Origin: an uncultured delta proteobacterium
GTDB lineage: Bacteria; Desulfobacterota; Binatia; Binatales; Binataceae
Length of the DNA stretch: 64,000 nt
Direction: 5' to 3'
Assembly (NCBI GenBank): GCA_963788205.1
Contig: CAWBGG010000002.1
Span: forward strand, 193,988 to 257,987
Below the pieces are notes generated by a model. That model made no database searches, had not been told where the DNA came from, and was given only the letters and a program-made list of their open reading frames with translations. How positions within the stretch are numbered: position 1 is the first letter of the stretch; each line of letters opens with the position of its first letter. Shown here piece by piece: positions 1 to 11,146 of the stretch. Made by a program: the position numbers and the translations under genes.

Positions 1-568
1 GCGCTGCTCTGGCCGAACACCAGGTTCGCGGCCTGCCCAGCGGTGAGCCCGCTATTGAACGGCGCGGTGTACTCCAGCACGCGATTGTTGCAAGTGTCCG
101 CGACGTACAGATTGTCCGCCGAATCGACGGCGACCGCGCCCGACGCGCCCGTGGGCTTGAACGGCGGCGGATGGAATATGCATATCGACAGGCAGAGACC
201 CGCCGGACCGGTGACACACGCGTTCGTCGAGCCGCTGGGCTGGCCGATCACGAGGTCGGCTGGCTCGTCGGTCGTCAGTCCCGCCGCGCTGCGCCATCCG
301 AGCACGCGATTGTTGGCCGCGTCGGCGATATAGAGATGGCCCGCCGCGTCGACCACGGTGCCGGTGGCGTAGGTCAATGATCCGGGCGCCGGCGCAGTGG
401 AATTTAAGCTGTTGTGATTGAAATCCGGTTGACCCAGCACCACGTCGGCGGTGGTGTCGTCAGCGCTGCCGGGCGTTCCCGCAATCGCGAGCGCCGAGAG
501 CATGGCGCCGATCACGCAGGCCGCGATGAACCTGCCCGTCAGCCCATCGCGCAATCGCCGGCTCAGTT
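1..568 (-). CDS. NHL-repeat secreted protein (N-terminal part; gene continues beyond window start)
   Basis: Reverse-strand translation from ATG at 566-568 runs with no stop to position 1. It reads MFAELSRRLRDGLTGRFIAACVIGAMLSALAIAG (signal-like), then repeated LYIADAANNRVLGW / LYVADTCNNRVLEY blocks typical of NHL beta-propeller repeats. Absent from the ORF track because it is open at the window edge. Confidence 0.55.
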
Positions 569-1071
569 CCGCGAACATTTCCAGACCGCGCGCTTGCAGG
601 CTTGCCGGGACATTCTGACGAGGTTGGACGAAACGGGCAGCGCTATTATGCACCTCGGGGCGTATCTACCCGAGGATCACTCGGTAGCGGGTCTTGAGGA
701 ACTCGAATCGCGTGAGGGCTTTTGCTTTGGCAGGAGGACGGTCGGGGCGGTTCCTTTGGCAGGAGGGCTTCGGTTGGATTAGGCCGAAAGCACTCTGAAT
801 CGTCCCGACCACCTCTTTAGACTATCTGCCCGACGAAATATTCAAGGCTCTGTAATCGCGACGACTCTCCATCACCAACAGGCCTCGCGTCGCGAGGGTT
901 GAAATAGACCCTACACATTCTCAAATATCTCAAAACAATCTAAATGATTCTTCTTAGTCCGCCGATTAATCGATTTTTGGACGTTTTCAGGGCTCATTTT
1001 CGTCAGACTTTCGTCAGTGGCCCGACTGATTCCCGGCTTGCTGTCGAGATAGGTTCGGTTATGTTGGTGCG

Positions 1072-3201
1072 ATGCTGCCGGCCATATCCGGGATCCTGAG
1101 TGCGGTTGCCGGCCTCGGACTGATTGGAGGAGGGGGCTGGCTCGGGTACGTTATCGCGTCGCGGCTGATCCCTGCGGACTCGGCGACGGCAGCCCGGCTA
1201 TCCGCCGCTGCCGTTGTCGCATCGGCCGCCTTCTACGGCCTGTTCGCGATATTGCTGGCGGCGGGTCTGTTCGAGCTGCCGATCGCTCTGCCGGTGATTC
1301 TGGTCGGAGCTAGCGGCGCGTATCGATGGATCGGCGGCGAATCGTGGCGGCTCGCGCGTTCCGACTGCAGCCGGATTTGCGCGCTGATACGATCGTCAGT
1401 CAAAAATCCGGGCGCGATCCTGGTCGCGGCGTGCCTCGTGGTGGTCGCCTGCCGGATCATGCGCGGGATGGTGGCGCCGCCGCTGGCCTGGGACGCGCTT
1501 ACGTATCATCTGTTCAAGGCTGGGCGATGGGTCCAGCAAGGCGCCGATCTGATCCAGCCCGCGCCTGACGCGTGGGGCTACTACGAGTACTTTCCCAGCG
1601 CCGGCGACTCGTATTGGGCGTGGGCGATGCTGGCGGCGCGGGACGGGGCTTTTCTGGCGCCAGCCGCATTGCTGATTTGGGGCGGGATCGTATTGGCCGG
1701 CTATGCCTGCGCGCGGCATTGGGGCGCGCGCCGTGAGTACGCCATTTGGTGTGGTCTTGCGATCGCCATGACACCGGCGGTAGTGAACGCGATCACGGCC
1801 ACGTACGTGGACAACACCACGCTGATGTTCTTTCTGTTCGGAGTTCTTTTCACCTTCCGAGCGCTCGCTACCGGGGCCGCCGCTGACGCCGTGCTGAGTG
1901 GACTGGCGCTCGGCCTCGCCACCGACGTCAAGCTTCCGATGATGGCGATTCTGATGGTGGCGTGGCTCTTCCTGATTCAGCGAATCGCCGCGCAGATGGA
2001 AGCGGTGCTCGCGGCAATCTGCTTTTCCGCCGCGGGTGCGGCGTTGTTGCTGGTTGAATACGCGGGAGTCTGGCTCGATCGTGGACTTTTCTATCCGTTC
2101 GGACTGACGATACCCGCAATCGGCACGTGGCCCGGCAGCGAAGAAGCACAACTGCTCCATTCAGGGCGGTTGACGAGTCCGCTGCCTCATCCCAACCTCG
2201 TGCTGCTGCGCAGTCTCATCTGGCCGGGCTGGATGGCGGACTACCTTGGCCTCGGGCCGGTTGCGCCGATCCTGTTCCTGATTGGTGCGGCGGTTTGGAT
2301 CAAGCTCGCGCTCACCAGCGGCAGGAACCGGGCCGCGCTGTTGTTCGTGCCGGCCGCTGCGCTCCTGCTGTTCGCGGAGTTGATTTCCCCGGATATCGCT
2401 GCGCTGAGGACCTTCTGGCCGGGATTATTCGCGCGGTTCGTGATGCCGCTGTTCGCGCTGGTTGCGATCTTTGCTGCGGTGCCGCGCGGGATGCTGTGGC
2501 GGGCGATCTGGATGCTCGCCCTGCTGGTCGACGTTGCGCTCGCGATTCCACGGGCTTGGCGCGCGCTCGACATAAGCGCGGTACTGGCACTGGGCGCCCC
2601 GATGCTCGCCGGAATCGCAATCGCGGCGGCAATCCTGCTGCTGCTGCGAAGCCGCCTGCGCTTCCCGGCCGTCGCGGCGCTTGCGGCGCTGGCGATTCTC
2701 GTTCCAGTCGCGGCCGCGTTGCCCCGGTTGCGTGCGCGTTTGCGCTATCGCTTCTATGCGGCCGCGGCCAGCGACTCACCCGTCTACGATCTGCATCCGC
2801 TCCAGGCGGGATTAGCGAGGAGCTGGCGCGCGTGGCAATTCCTCGACGACGGTGCGCCCCATCGAGTTGGCGTCGCCGCAGGATGGGATCTGATCGGACA
2901 GAATTGGTATCTCTATCCGCTGCTTGGCAGTAGCTTGCAGAATCGGGTCTTTTACATTCCGATTACTGCGGACGGGAGCGTGATTGACTATCGGCGCTTC
3001 GCCGATCTGGCCCCGCGGGTTGATTTTCAAGCCTGGGTGGCAAGGCTCAAGCGCGAGCGAATCGAATACTTCGTCACGCTGGTGCCGCGTCCGCCGGAAC
3101 TTGGATGGATCAAGGACTCGCCGCAGTTGTTCACGCCGGTCTTGAGCAACGGCGCCTGGCAGACCACGGTGTGGGCCTTTCATCCCGCGCCAGCGCTCTG
3201 A
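1072..3201 (+). CDS. uncharacterised polytopic membrane protein (possible GT-C-type glycosyltransferase); paralog of 47102-49249
   Basis: 709-aa ORF with many hydrophobic helices. The MRGMVAPPLAWDALTYHLFKAGRWVQQG block and the C-terminal WYLYPLLGSSLQNRVFYIPITADGSV block are both shared with the 47102-49249 protein. Family not recognised. Confidence 0.6.
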   Translation: MLPAISGILSAVAGLGLIGGGGWLGYVIASRLIPADSATAARLSAAAVVASAAFYGLFAILLAAGLFELPIALPVILVGASGAYRWIGGESWRLARSDCSRICALIRSSVKNPGAILVAACLVVVACRIMRGMVAPPLAWDALTYHLFKAGRWVQQGADLIQPAPDAWGYYEYFPSAGDSYWAWAMLAARDGAFLAPAALLIWGGIVLAGYACARHWGARREYAIWCGLAIAMTPAVVNAITATYVDNTTLMFFLFGVLFTFRALATGAAADAVLSGLALGLATDVKLPMMAILMVAWLFLIQRIAAQMEAVLAAICFSAAGAALLLVEYAGVWLDRGLFYPFGLTIPAIGTWPGSEEAQLLHSGRLTSPLPHPNLVLLRSLIWPGWMADYLGLGPVAPILFLIGAAVWIKLALTSGRNRAALLFVPAAALLLFAELISPDIAALRTFWPGLFARFVMPLFALVAIFAAVPRGMLWRAIWMLALLVDVALAIPRAWRALDISAVLALGAPMLAGIAIAAAILLLLRSRLRFPAVAALAALAILVPVAAALPRLRARLRYRFYAAAASDSPVYDLHPLQAGLARSWRAWQFLDDGAPHRVGVAAGWDLIGQNWYLYPLLGSSLQNRVFYIPITADGSVIDYRRFADLAPRVDFQAWVARLKRERIEYFVTLVPRPPELGWIKDSPQLFTPVLSNGAWQTTVWAFHPAPAL

Positions 3202-3216
3202 ACGAGCGTCGCGGCT

Positions 3217-5562
3217 TCAGTGCGGAGGGCCGGGCCGGTTGATTTCCTTGATTAGCGCCTGAGCGTCGGCGTTTCCCGGAGCCAGGCGCGCGGCTTCGCG
3301 GGCAAGTTCGAGCGCTTCGCGGTCGCGGCCCATCTTGTGTAGCAGACGGGCGGCGGAAACTCGGCATAAGGTGTCGGTGGTTGGCGCGAGCATAATCGCA
3401 CGCTGATAGGCCGCCAAAGCTTCTTGATCGCGATTCTCGCTCGCGAGCAGAAAACCCAGCGCAACTTCAATCCGTCCCTCATTTGGATAGTTGGATGCCG
3501 CCCTTCGCAGGGTCTTTTCCGCGGCCTGGGTGTCGCCCGCGGCGAGCTCGACATTGGCGCGGGCGAGCTCGGCTGACGGTTCACCTTCCGGGAGCGACCC
3601 AGCCCGGTCGAGCGCCGCCTCGGCGTCGGCGCGGTCGCCCTGCGCGCTATAAAGACTCGCGAGCATAGCGTAACCAGTCCACGGGGGGGTCGTCATCAGT
3701 TGCAGTGCCCGGGAAATTTCGATCGCGCCTTCTTGCGCGTGGCCACGCCGCCAGTCGAGGACACCCATCCCATAGAGCGCGGCCGGGTTGTCGGGATCAA
3801 TGCGCAAGGCGTTGGAGAGATCCTGACCGACGGCATCAACACTGCCTTCCATCTTGTGAAGATTCGCCAACACCACGTACATATCGGCTGAAGGATGGCT
3901 CAGCTCGCCGACCGACTCGCTGATTTCCCCTGCCGCTTCGGCCGTGCGGCCCATCTGCGCGTGCACAAGCCCGAGGCTGTAAAGCGTTTCGACGTCGGCG
4001 GGCGCCAGACGATGCGCGGTTTGAAGCTCGCGTTCGGCGCCGACGTTGTCGCCCCGGCGCGAAAGCGCCGCCGCAAGCCCCGCGTGCCAGGTTGAGGACT
4101 CCGGAGACCGCGTCATACCGTGCATGCACAATACCTCGTCGTTGAGCCAGAAGTGCTGCACGTGCCAGAGCACCGCGACGTAACTGAGCGCCAGCGCCGC
4201 GGCCGCGATCGGCGCCAGGCGCGCGGCGCGCACCCATCGCGCAACGCTGTGAATCAAGTCGGCCAGCAGCACGCACGATCCGACCGAGCTCAGATAGAGA
4301 TACGAGTCGCAGACGATGTTGTCCTGCAGGCGCGAGCCTAGAGCCATGGTGGGAGCGATCGCGATTACGATCCAGGCGGCCCAAAACACCCGCGATCGGG
4401 CGCGCCCGCCTTTGCTCATGGCCAGCAGGGTGATGATCGCCAGTGCGATCAGGGCCAGCAACGGCAGGTAGAAATCCGCCGCCGCAGCGCTGCGAACGAT
4501 GGCTATCGGATGGACCGGGTCGGCGAGCCACGGAAGCGCGAGCAGCGCGAGGTCCCAACACAGCGCCTTCGGCACCGTCAGAAGGGCTTCCGCAGTGCTC
4601 AGGGTTGGTGCCGTCCAGCCCATCACCGAGCCGAGCACCAGCCGGCGCACGATCAGGTAGGCGGCCATCTCGCCGGCGAAGGGCGCCGCGCCAACGACGG
4701 CGCGCCAGACGCGCGACGCAAATGATGTTGCGCGGGGATCTTCGGCAGAGCCCGGCGATCCTGACAGGAATAAGTATGCGGCGATCAGAGCCGGAAACGA
4801 CACCGCCGACTCGTGAGACAGCAGCGCACCGGCATAGAGGAGCAACGCGGGCAGTCCGGGGCGCCATCGCGCGCCGCTCCGGCCGCTCACCAGATAAAAC
4901 GCCGCGAGCTCGAACGCCGCCGCCAGCACCAGTCCGCCGCCACCGCCGGGCCAGACCACCGATTCGGCGTTGATCGGGATGACGCCGAACAGCAGCGCGG
5001 TCACCAGCGCGGTACTCTGATCGCCGGTGACGCGCGCTGTCACCTTGAATACCAGCCAAATCACCAGCAGATGCAGCCCGATCATCGCTGCATGCCATCC
5101 GACCGGGTTCAGAGCGAAGAGGTGATAGTTCAGGCCGAACCAGGCCAGCAGCAGCGGCCGGTAGCGCGGCTTGTGCAAGCCGAACCACAAGAAGTCGCGA
5201 AAAAACGATTCACGGAAGAACGACCAACGCGCGATACGGGGGTTGTTGACGATCAATTGATCGTCATCCCAGACGAAGTCGTTGCCCAGGCAGCGCAGAT
5301 AGCCGAGCCCGGCGACCAGCATCACGCCGCCAAGCATCAGTCTGGCCCGCCATGGCGAGACCGCGTCGGCAGCCCTGGCCGCGGGCCCGACTTCAGCCCC
5401 GCGATAGCCGGATTGGGCGGAAAATTCGGCGCTGGGGAATCGCACCCGGGCCTGCGTATGGTTCAGGGGTGAGACTTCGGCGGCGGCTTCATCGGGAACG
5501 AAGACAGAACCGAGAAGTGCACCTTGCTTTGACTCCGGATGGAGTATTGGTAGCCCAGCCAC
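3217..5562 (-). CDS. TMTC-like membrane protein (DUF1736-type transmembrane domain + C-terminal TPR repeats), paralog 1 of 10
   Basis: 781-aa ORF. True start probably near 5337 (MLGGVMLVAGLGYLRCLGNDFVWDDDQLIVNN...). N-terminal multi-TM region carries the Y-L-R-x-L-G-N-x-F-V-x-D-D and YRPL/W..NY.LFG..P.GWH motifs; C-terminal half has repeated TPR-like A..Y..A......A units. Confidence 0.75.
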   Translation of the reverse strand: MAGLPILHPESKQGALLGSVFVPDEAAAEVSPLNHTQARVRFPSAEFSAQSGYRGAEVGPAARAADAVSPWRARLMLGGVMLVAGLGYLRCLGNDFVWDDDQLIVNNPRIARWSFFRESFFRDFLWFGLHKPRYRPLLLAWFGLNYHLFALNPVGWHAAMIGLHLLVIWLVFKVTARVTGDQSTALVTALLFGVIPINAESVVWPGGGGGLVLAAAFELAAFYLVSGRSGARWRPGLPALLLYAGALLSHESAVSFPALIAAYLFLSGSPGSAEDPRATSFASRVWRAVVGAAPFAGEMAAYLIVRRLVLGSVMGWTAPTLSTAEALLTVPKALCWDLALLALPWLADPVHPIAIVRSAAAADFYLPLLALIALAIITLLAMSKGGRARSRVFWAAWIVIAIAPTMALGSRLQDNIVCDSYLYLSSVGSCVLLADLIHSVARWVRAARLAPIAAAALALSYVAVLWHVQHFWLNDEVLCMHGMTRSPESSTWHAGLAAALSRRGDNVGAERELQTAHRLAPADVETLYSLGLVHAQMGRTAEAAGEISESVGELSHPSADMYVVLANLHKMEGSVDAVGQDLSNALRIDPDNPAALYGMGVLDWRRGHAQEGAIEISRALQLMTTPPWTGYAMLASLYSAQGDRADAEAALDRAGSLPEGEPSAELARANVELAAGDTQAAEKTLRRAASNYPNEGRIEVALGFLLASENRDQEALAAYQRAIMLAPTTDTLCRVSAARLLHKMGRDREALELAREAARLAPGNADAQALIKEINRPGPPH

Positions 5563-5957
5563 TTGCCGTTCTCGTTGGTTATCACCACGGTTTCCGTGGT
5601 GGGCTTGGTGGTGGTTCCTTCGGACTTCCTTAGGTTGAACGAGCCCTTGTACTCAAGGATTACGTACTGGCCTTCAGGCGAGCCCGGCACAGTGATGGCG
5701 GCCTGCGCCGACTCGAGCTTTCGCGACACCAGGGTTCCGAACCTTGCCCGATTTATTTTCATCACCGTATCCCACGAGGACTTGGTGATGGTGTTCTTGA
5801 TCGTCGAGGCGCAGGCGTCCCAACTGTCGTCGTACTGTCCGTGGTCGATAAGTTTGAGGAACGCGTTGCCCGCATCGATAGCTTCCTGCGGCGCGGGACC
5901 GCTCTCTTGTGCTCGCGCAACCTGCCGGGCGACCAGCAGCAGGAAGACCGGAAGCAT
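5463..5957 (-). CDS. small secreted protein of unknown function (DUF4019-like?)
   Basis: Start chosen at MLPVFLLLVARQVARAQE (signal-peptide-like) inside the 5463-6173 ORF. Lower GC than surroundings. Body reads ...SWDTVMKINRARFGTLVSRKLESAQAAITVPGSPEGQYVILEYKGSF... No catalytic motif recognised. Confidence 0.4.
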   Translation of the reverse strand: MLPVFLLLVARQVARAQESGPAPQEAIDAGNAFLKLIDHGQYDDSWDACASTIKNTITKSSWDTVMKINRARFGTLVSRKLESAQAAITVPGSPEGQYVILEYKGSFNLRKSEGTTTKPTTETVVITNENGKWLGYQYSIRSQSKVHFSVLSSFPMKPPPKSHP

Positions 5958-6162
5958 TGCGGTAACCACCCTGAACCTACTCACAGATTGGTATCCTCCT
6001 CTGCGTATGGCGTCCTCGATATGACGAGGGATGAGAGACTTCGATCTTGTAGCAGCGCAAGCGCGGTTAAGTCGAGTACCCAAATGATGAAGGTTTGGCG
6101 GCGCGCAGATCGAATCGTGACGGCCGGGAATGATTCGCTGCAGGTCTTGCAAACGGTCCACG

Positions 6163-7476
6163 CTAGGCCGCACCCGAGCTTGCTACGGCGGCGGCAACCG
6201 CGGCCCTTGGCAAGCTGCGATCGGGTTTGCGGCAGCGCATGATCATCTCGCTGCGCGCAATGTACATCGTGTCCTCGACCTCGAAGCCATGGCGCTCGAG
6301 AATCTCCGCCAGGCTCTTGCGGGTGTAGTGCGTGATGTGTTCATCGCGGTAGCCACCGGGGACAAGGAATCCATATAACGGCTCGATAATACGCCATCCC
6401 AGGGTTGCGTAATCCGGTGTCCCGATAATCAGTGTCCCGCCCGGCTTCAGCACGCGGTCAATTTCGCTGAACAGGACTTCGTCGTAGGCCACATGCTCGA
6501 TAACTTCGGAATGGATCAGGCAATCGAAGGCCCGGTCCTTGAACGGCAACGCCATCGCCGAGCCCCGCGCCAGCGGTATTCCGCGCCGGCGCAGGAACCG
6601 CAGCTTGTCGAAGTTGATGTCCATGCCGATCGTGTTGTTGAGGCTCTGCACGATCACGCTCGAGCCGCATCCCACGTCGAGCGTGCGTCCGGTCGCCCGC
6701 GCCCAGAAGGTCGTAATCCGATGGCGCCTGCGCTGCCAGAAGCGCTGAAGAGGTATGGCGCTATAGAAGGCGCGTTCGTCGTAGTCGGCCGATTCGACCG
6801 AATTACGCAACCCCCAGAGCTTGGCCGCCGAGCGCATCAGGTCCCATCCGAAGCGCAGCACGCGGGCGTGCGAGCGGCCGCTGCCGCGCGGGAAGTAGGT
6901 GAAGGGCACTTCGATCACGTTGAAGCCGCGCGCGTAGGCCTTGACCAGCAACTCCTCCAGCACGTCGAAACTCCGACCTTCGAGCTTGATTCCCTCGATC
7001 GCCTGCCGGCGGTAGAGGCGAAACCCGCTCGAAAGGTCGCGCACCGGCATCGAGAGCAGCCGGCGCAACCCGCCGTTTAACAACTTGCTCAACGCGCTGC
7101 GCGTCCATGGGCCGTAGGAGGCGCCGCCGCGGACATAGCGCGAAGCGATCACGATGTCGGCCTGGTTGCGGGCCCGCCACATCCTGGTCACGAACTCGGG
7201 CTCGTGCGACTGGTCGGCGTCCAGCGTGAGAATGTAATCGCCGCGGGCTTCAGCAAGGCCGGTCTCGGTGGCGCCGGCGTAGCCGGGCCGGCGTTCGGGC
7301 ACCACCCGCGCGCCCAGCGCCGCTGCGGCGTCCTGGGTGCCGTCGCGCGAGCCGCCATCGATGACGATGATCTCGAAATTGATGCCCTCGCGGGCGAGCT
7401 GCGCGGCCAGCCGCGGGATGAGCGCGGTCAGGTTCTCGCGCTCATTGATAACCGGCAGGATTACCGAGAGATCCAT
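6163..7476 (-). CDS. bifunctional GT2 glycosyltransferase (polyprenyl-phosphate sugar synthase, DPM1-like) fused to C-terminal class I SAM-dependent methyltransferase
   Basis: N-terminal domain MDLSVILPVINERENL...IIVIDGGSRDGT...LTLDADQSH is a DPM-synthase-type GT2 signature (DxD-type motif). C-terminal domain LDVGCGSS...DCLIHSEVIEHV...LKPGGTLIIGTPDY is a SAM-MTase (motif I G-x-G-x-G, motif post-II). The ORF extends to 7590 but MDLSV at 7476 is the likely start. Confidence 0.75.
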   Translation of the reverse strand: MDLSVILPVINERENLTALIPRLAAQLAREGINFEIIVIDGGSRDGTQDAAAALGARVVPERRPGYAGATETGLAEARGDYILTLDADQSHEPEFVTRMWRARNQADIVIASRYVRGGASYGPWTRSALSKLLNGGLRRLLSMPVRDLSSGFRLYRRQAIEGIKLEGRSFDVLEELLVKAYARGFNVIEVPFTYFPRGSGRSHARVLRFGWDLMRSAAKLWGLRNSVESADYDERAFYSAIPLQRFWQRRRHRITTFWARATGRTLDVGCGSSVIVQSLNNTIGMDINFDKLRFLRRRGIPLARGSAMALPFKDRAFDCLIHSEVIEHVAYDEVLFSEIDRVLKPGGTLIIGTPDYATLGWRIIEPLYGFLVPGGYRDEHITHYTRKSLAEILERHGFEVEDTMYIARSEMIMRCRKPDRSLPRAAVAAAVASSGAA

Positions 7477-7647
7477 TGAAAATCCGGGTTTCGGTGCGGG
7501 CCCCAAGGCCGTGTGCGCCGCCATTGTATCGTGCGGTCGGCGAGGTTCAAGTGGGCCTATCATTAAGGCGCCGCCGCGGCCGCGCAACAATCATCAGCCG
7601 GTGCCGGAGATCGATACAATCTGTCGCAAAATCGGGCACTTGGACGG

Positions 7648-10186
<2,539 letters not shown>

Positions 10187-10228
10187 GGCAGAATCGTAGC
10201 TAAGTCACAGGGTATTTCATATGGCGCG

Positions 10229-10633
10229 CTATTCCACCGAATAGCACATGAACGCTTTGGTCTGCGGCATTGCGGAGTCCGTGGCCGGATAGCAGGCGAA
10301 TTGCGTCGTCAGGCTGGTCGGAGGCTTGGGTTTGGAGCTCTGGTCGCTCTGCGAGCTTTGCCCGGTTTGCGAATTATCTCCCGAGCCGGTTTGCGAATTC
10401 TGTCCCGAGGTGGATTTCGGGGTCCGCTTGCCGATGAACTGGCCCACGTAAGGATTTGCGTTGCGTTGCACCGTCACGCCGCTGTTGGACTGACTCGAGT
10501 TCTTCTTCTTATGTTTCGACCCGCCCAAAAGGCTGGTCAAATTGCTCAAGCTTTGGGCTGAAGACTGCGCGGAAAAGGCGAGCAGCGATACGGCCAGGAC
10601 CGCAACTGCGGTCGCACAGATTCTCCTCGTCAT
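10229..10633 (-). CDS. small secreted Ser/Gln/Thr-rich low-complexity protein
   Basis: Within the 10229-10672 ORF the signal-peptide-like MTRRICATAVAVLAVSLLAFSAQSSAQS is followed by ...SKHKKKNSSQSNSG...SGQNSQTGSGDNSQTGQSSQSDQSSKPKPP...; lower GC than flanks. Confidence 0.4.
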   Translation of the reverse strand: MTRRICATAVAVLAVSLLAFSAQSSAQSLSNLTSLLGGSKHKKKNSSQSNSGVTVQRNANPYVGQFIGKRTPKSTSGQNSQTGSGDNSQTGQSSQSDQSSKPKPPTSLTTQFACYPATDSAMPQTKAFMCYSVE

Positions 10634-10729
10634 GATTTTCAAGGCTGCCCTCCGAATTAAGGTGAAAATCACTTCAATTTCGGAATGCCGTTCGCCGTAT
10701 CGCTACCCAGCGTCAGTCGGAAGACTGAT

Positions 10730-11032
10730 TCATTTTGAGCCGTTGTTGGCGGTTGCGCCGCCTGGATGTCCAGCGGCGCAGACCAGGACTTTGCGCGGGG
10801 TCTGTTCACACTTGCCCTGCACGGGCCCACTGCGACCCGAAAATGAGCAGGGGTCGCCGACCGCCTTCTTGCTGCAGGCTGCGACCCTCGCATGCCTCAA
10901 GGCCTCCAGTTTCGGCGGGATACCTGACTGGCCTGGGGTGGACTGGCTGGTGCCTGTGTCCTGCCCACGCGCCGTCGGCGCGAGCGTCACCAATGCGAGG
11001 AAAGCTGCGAATAAAACAATTTTGGACTTCAT
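10730..11032 (-). CDS. small secreted cysteine-containing protein
   Basis: MKSKIVLFAAFLALVTLAPTARGQD signal peptide, then ~75 aa containing 4 Cys (ACSKK...DPCSFSG...GKCEQ...VLVCAAG); lower GC islet. Confidence 0.4.
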   Translation of the reverse strand: MKSKIVLFAAFLALVTLAPTARGQDTGTSQSTPGQSGIPPKLEALRHARVAACSKKAVGDPCSFSGRSGPVQGKCEQTPRKVLVCAAGHPGGATANNGSK

Positions 11033-11146
11033 CGATCCTCCCCACGAGCCCTCGACCATGAGATTGAGGATCATCTTGCCCTTTTCATAAGGACGTAGCG
11101 AGAGGGGTTTCGGTTACATTGAACTTCAGCCCGCTGCGCGCCAGAC

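Noticed and set aside
414-782. ORF-track ORF on the + strand (MIEIRLTQHHVGGG...)
   Set aside because: It overlaps the much more convincing minus-strand NHL-repeat gene (1-568) and otherwise sits in the intergenic gap; its amino-acid composition is typical of a GC-rich shadow frame.
3836-5188. Long antisense/alternative-frame ORFs inside real genes (for example 3836-5188, 1396-2160, 23801-25261, 28038-28946, 61000-62001)
   Set aside because: Arg/Ala/Gly/Pro-rich translations with no motifs, fully embedded in well-supported genes on the other strand or frame. These are the stop-codon-poor shadow frames expected at ~68% GC.
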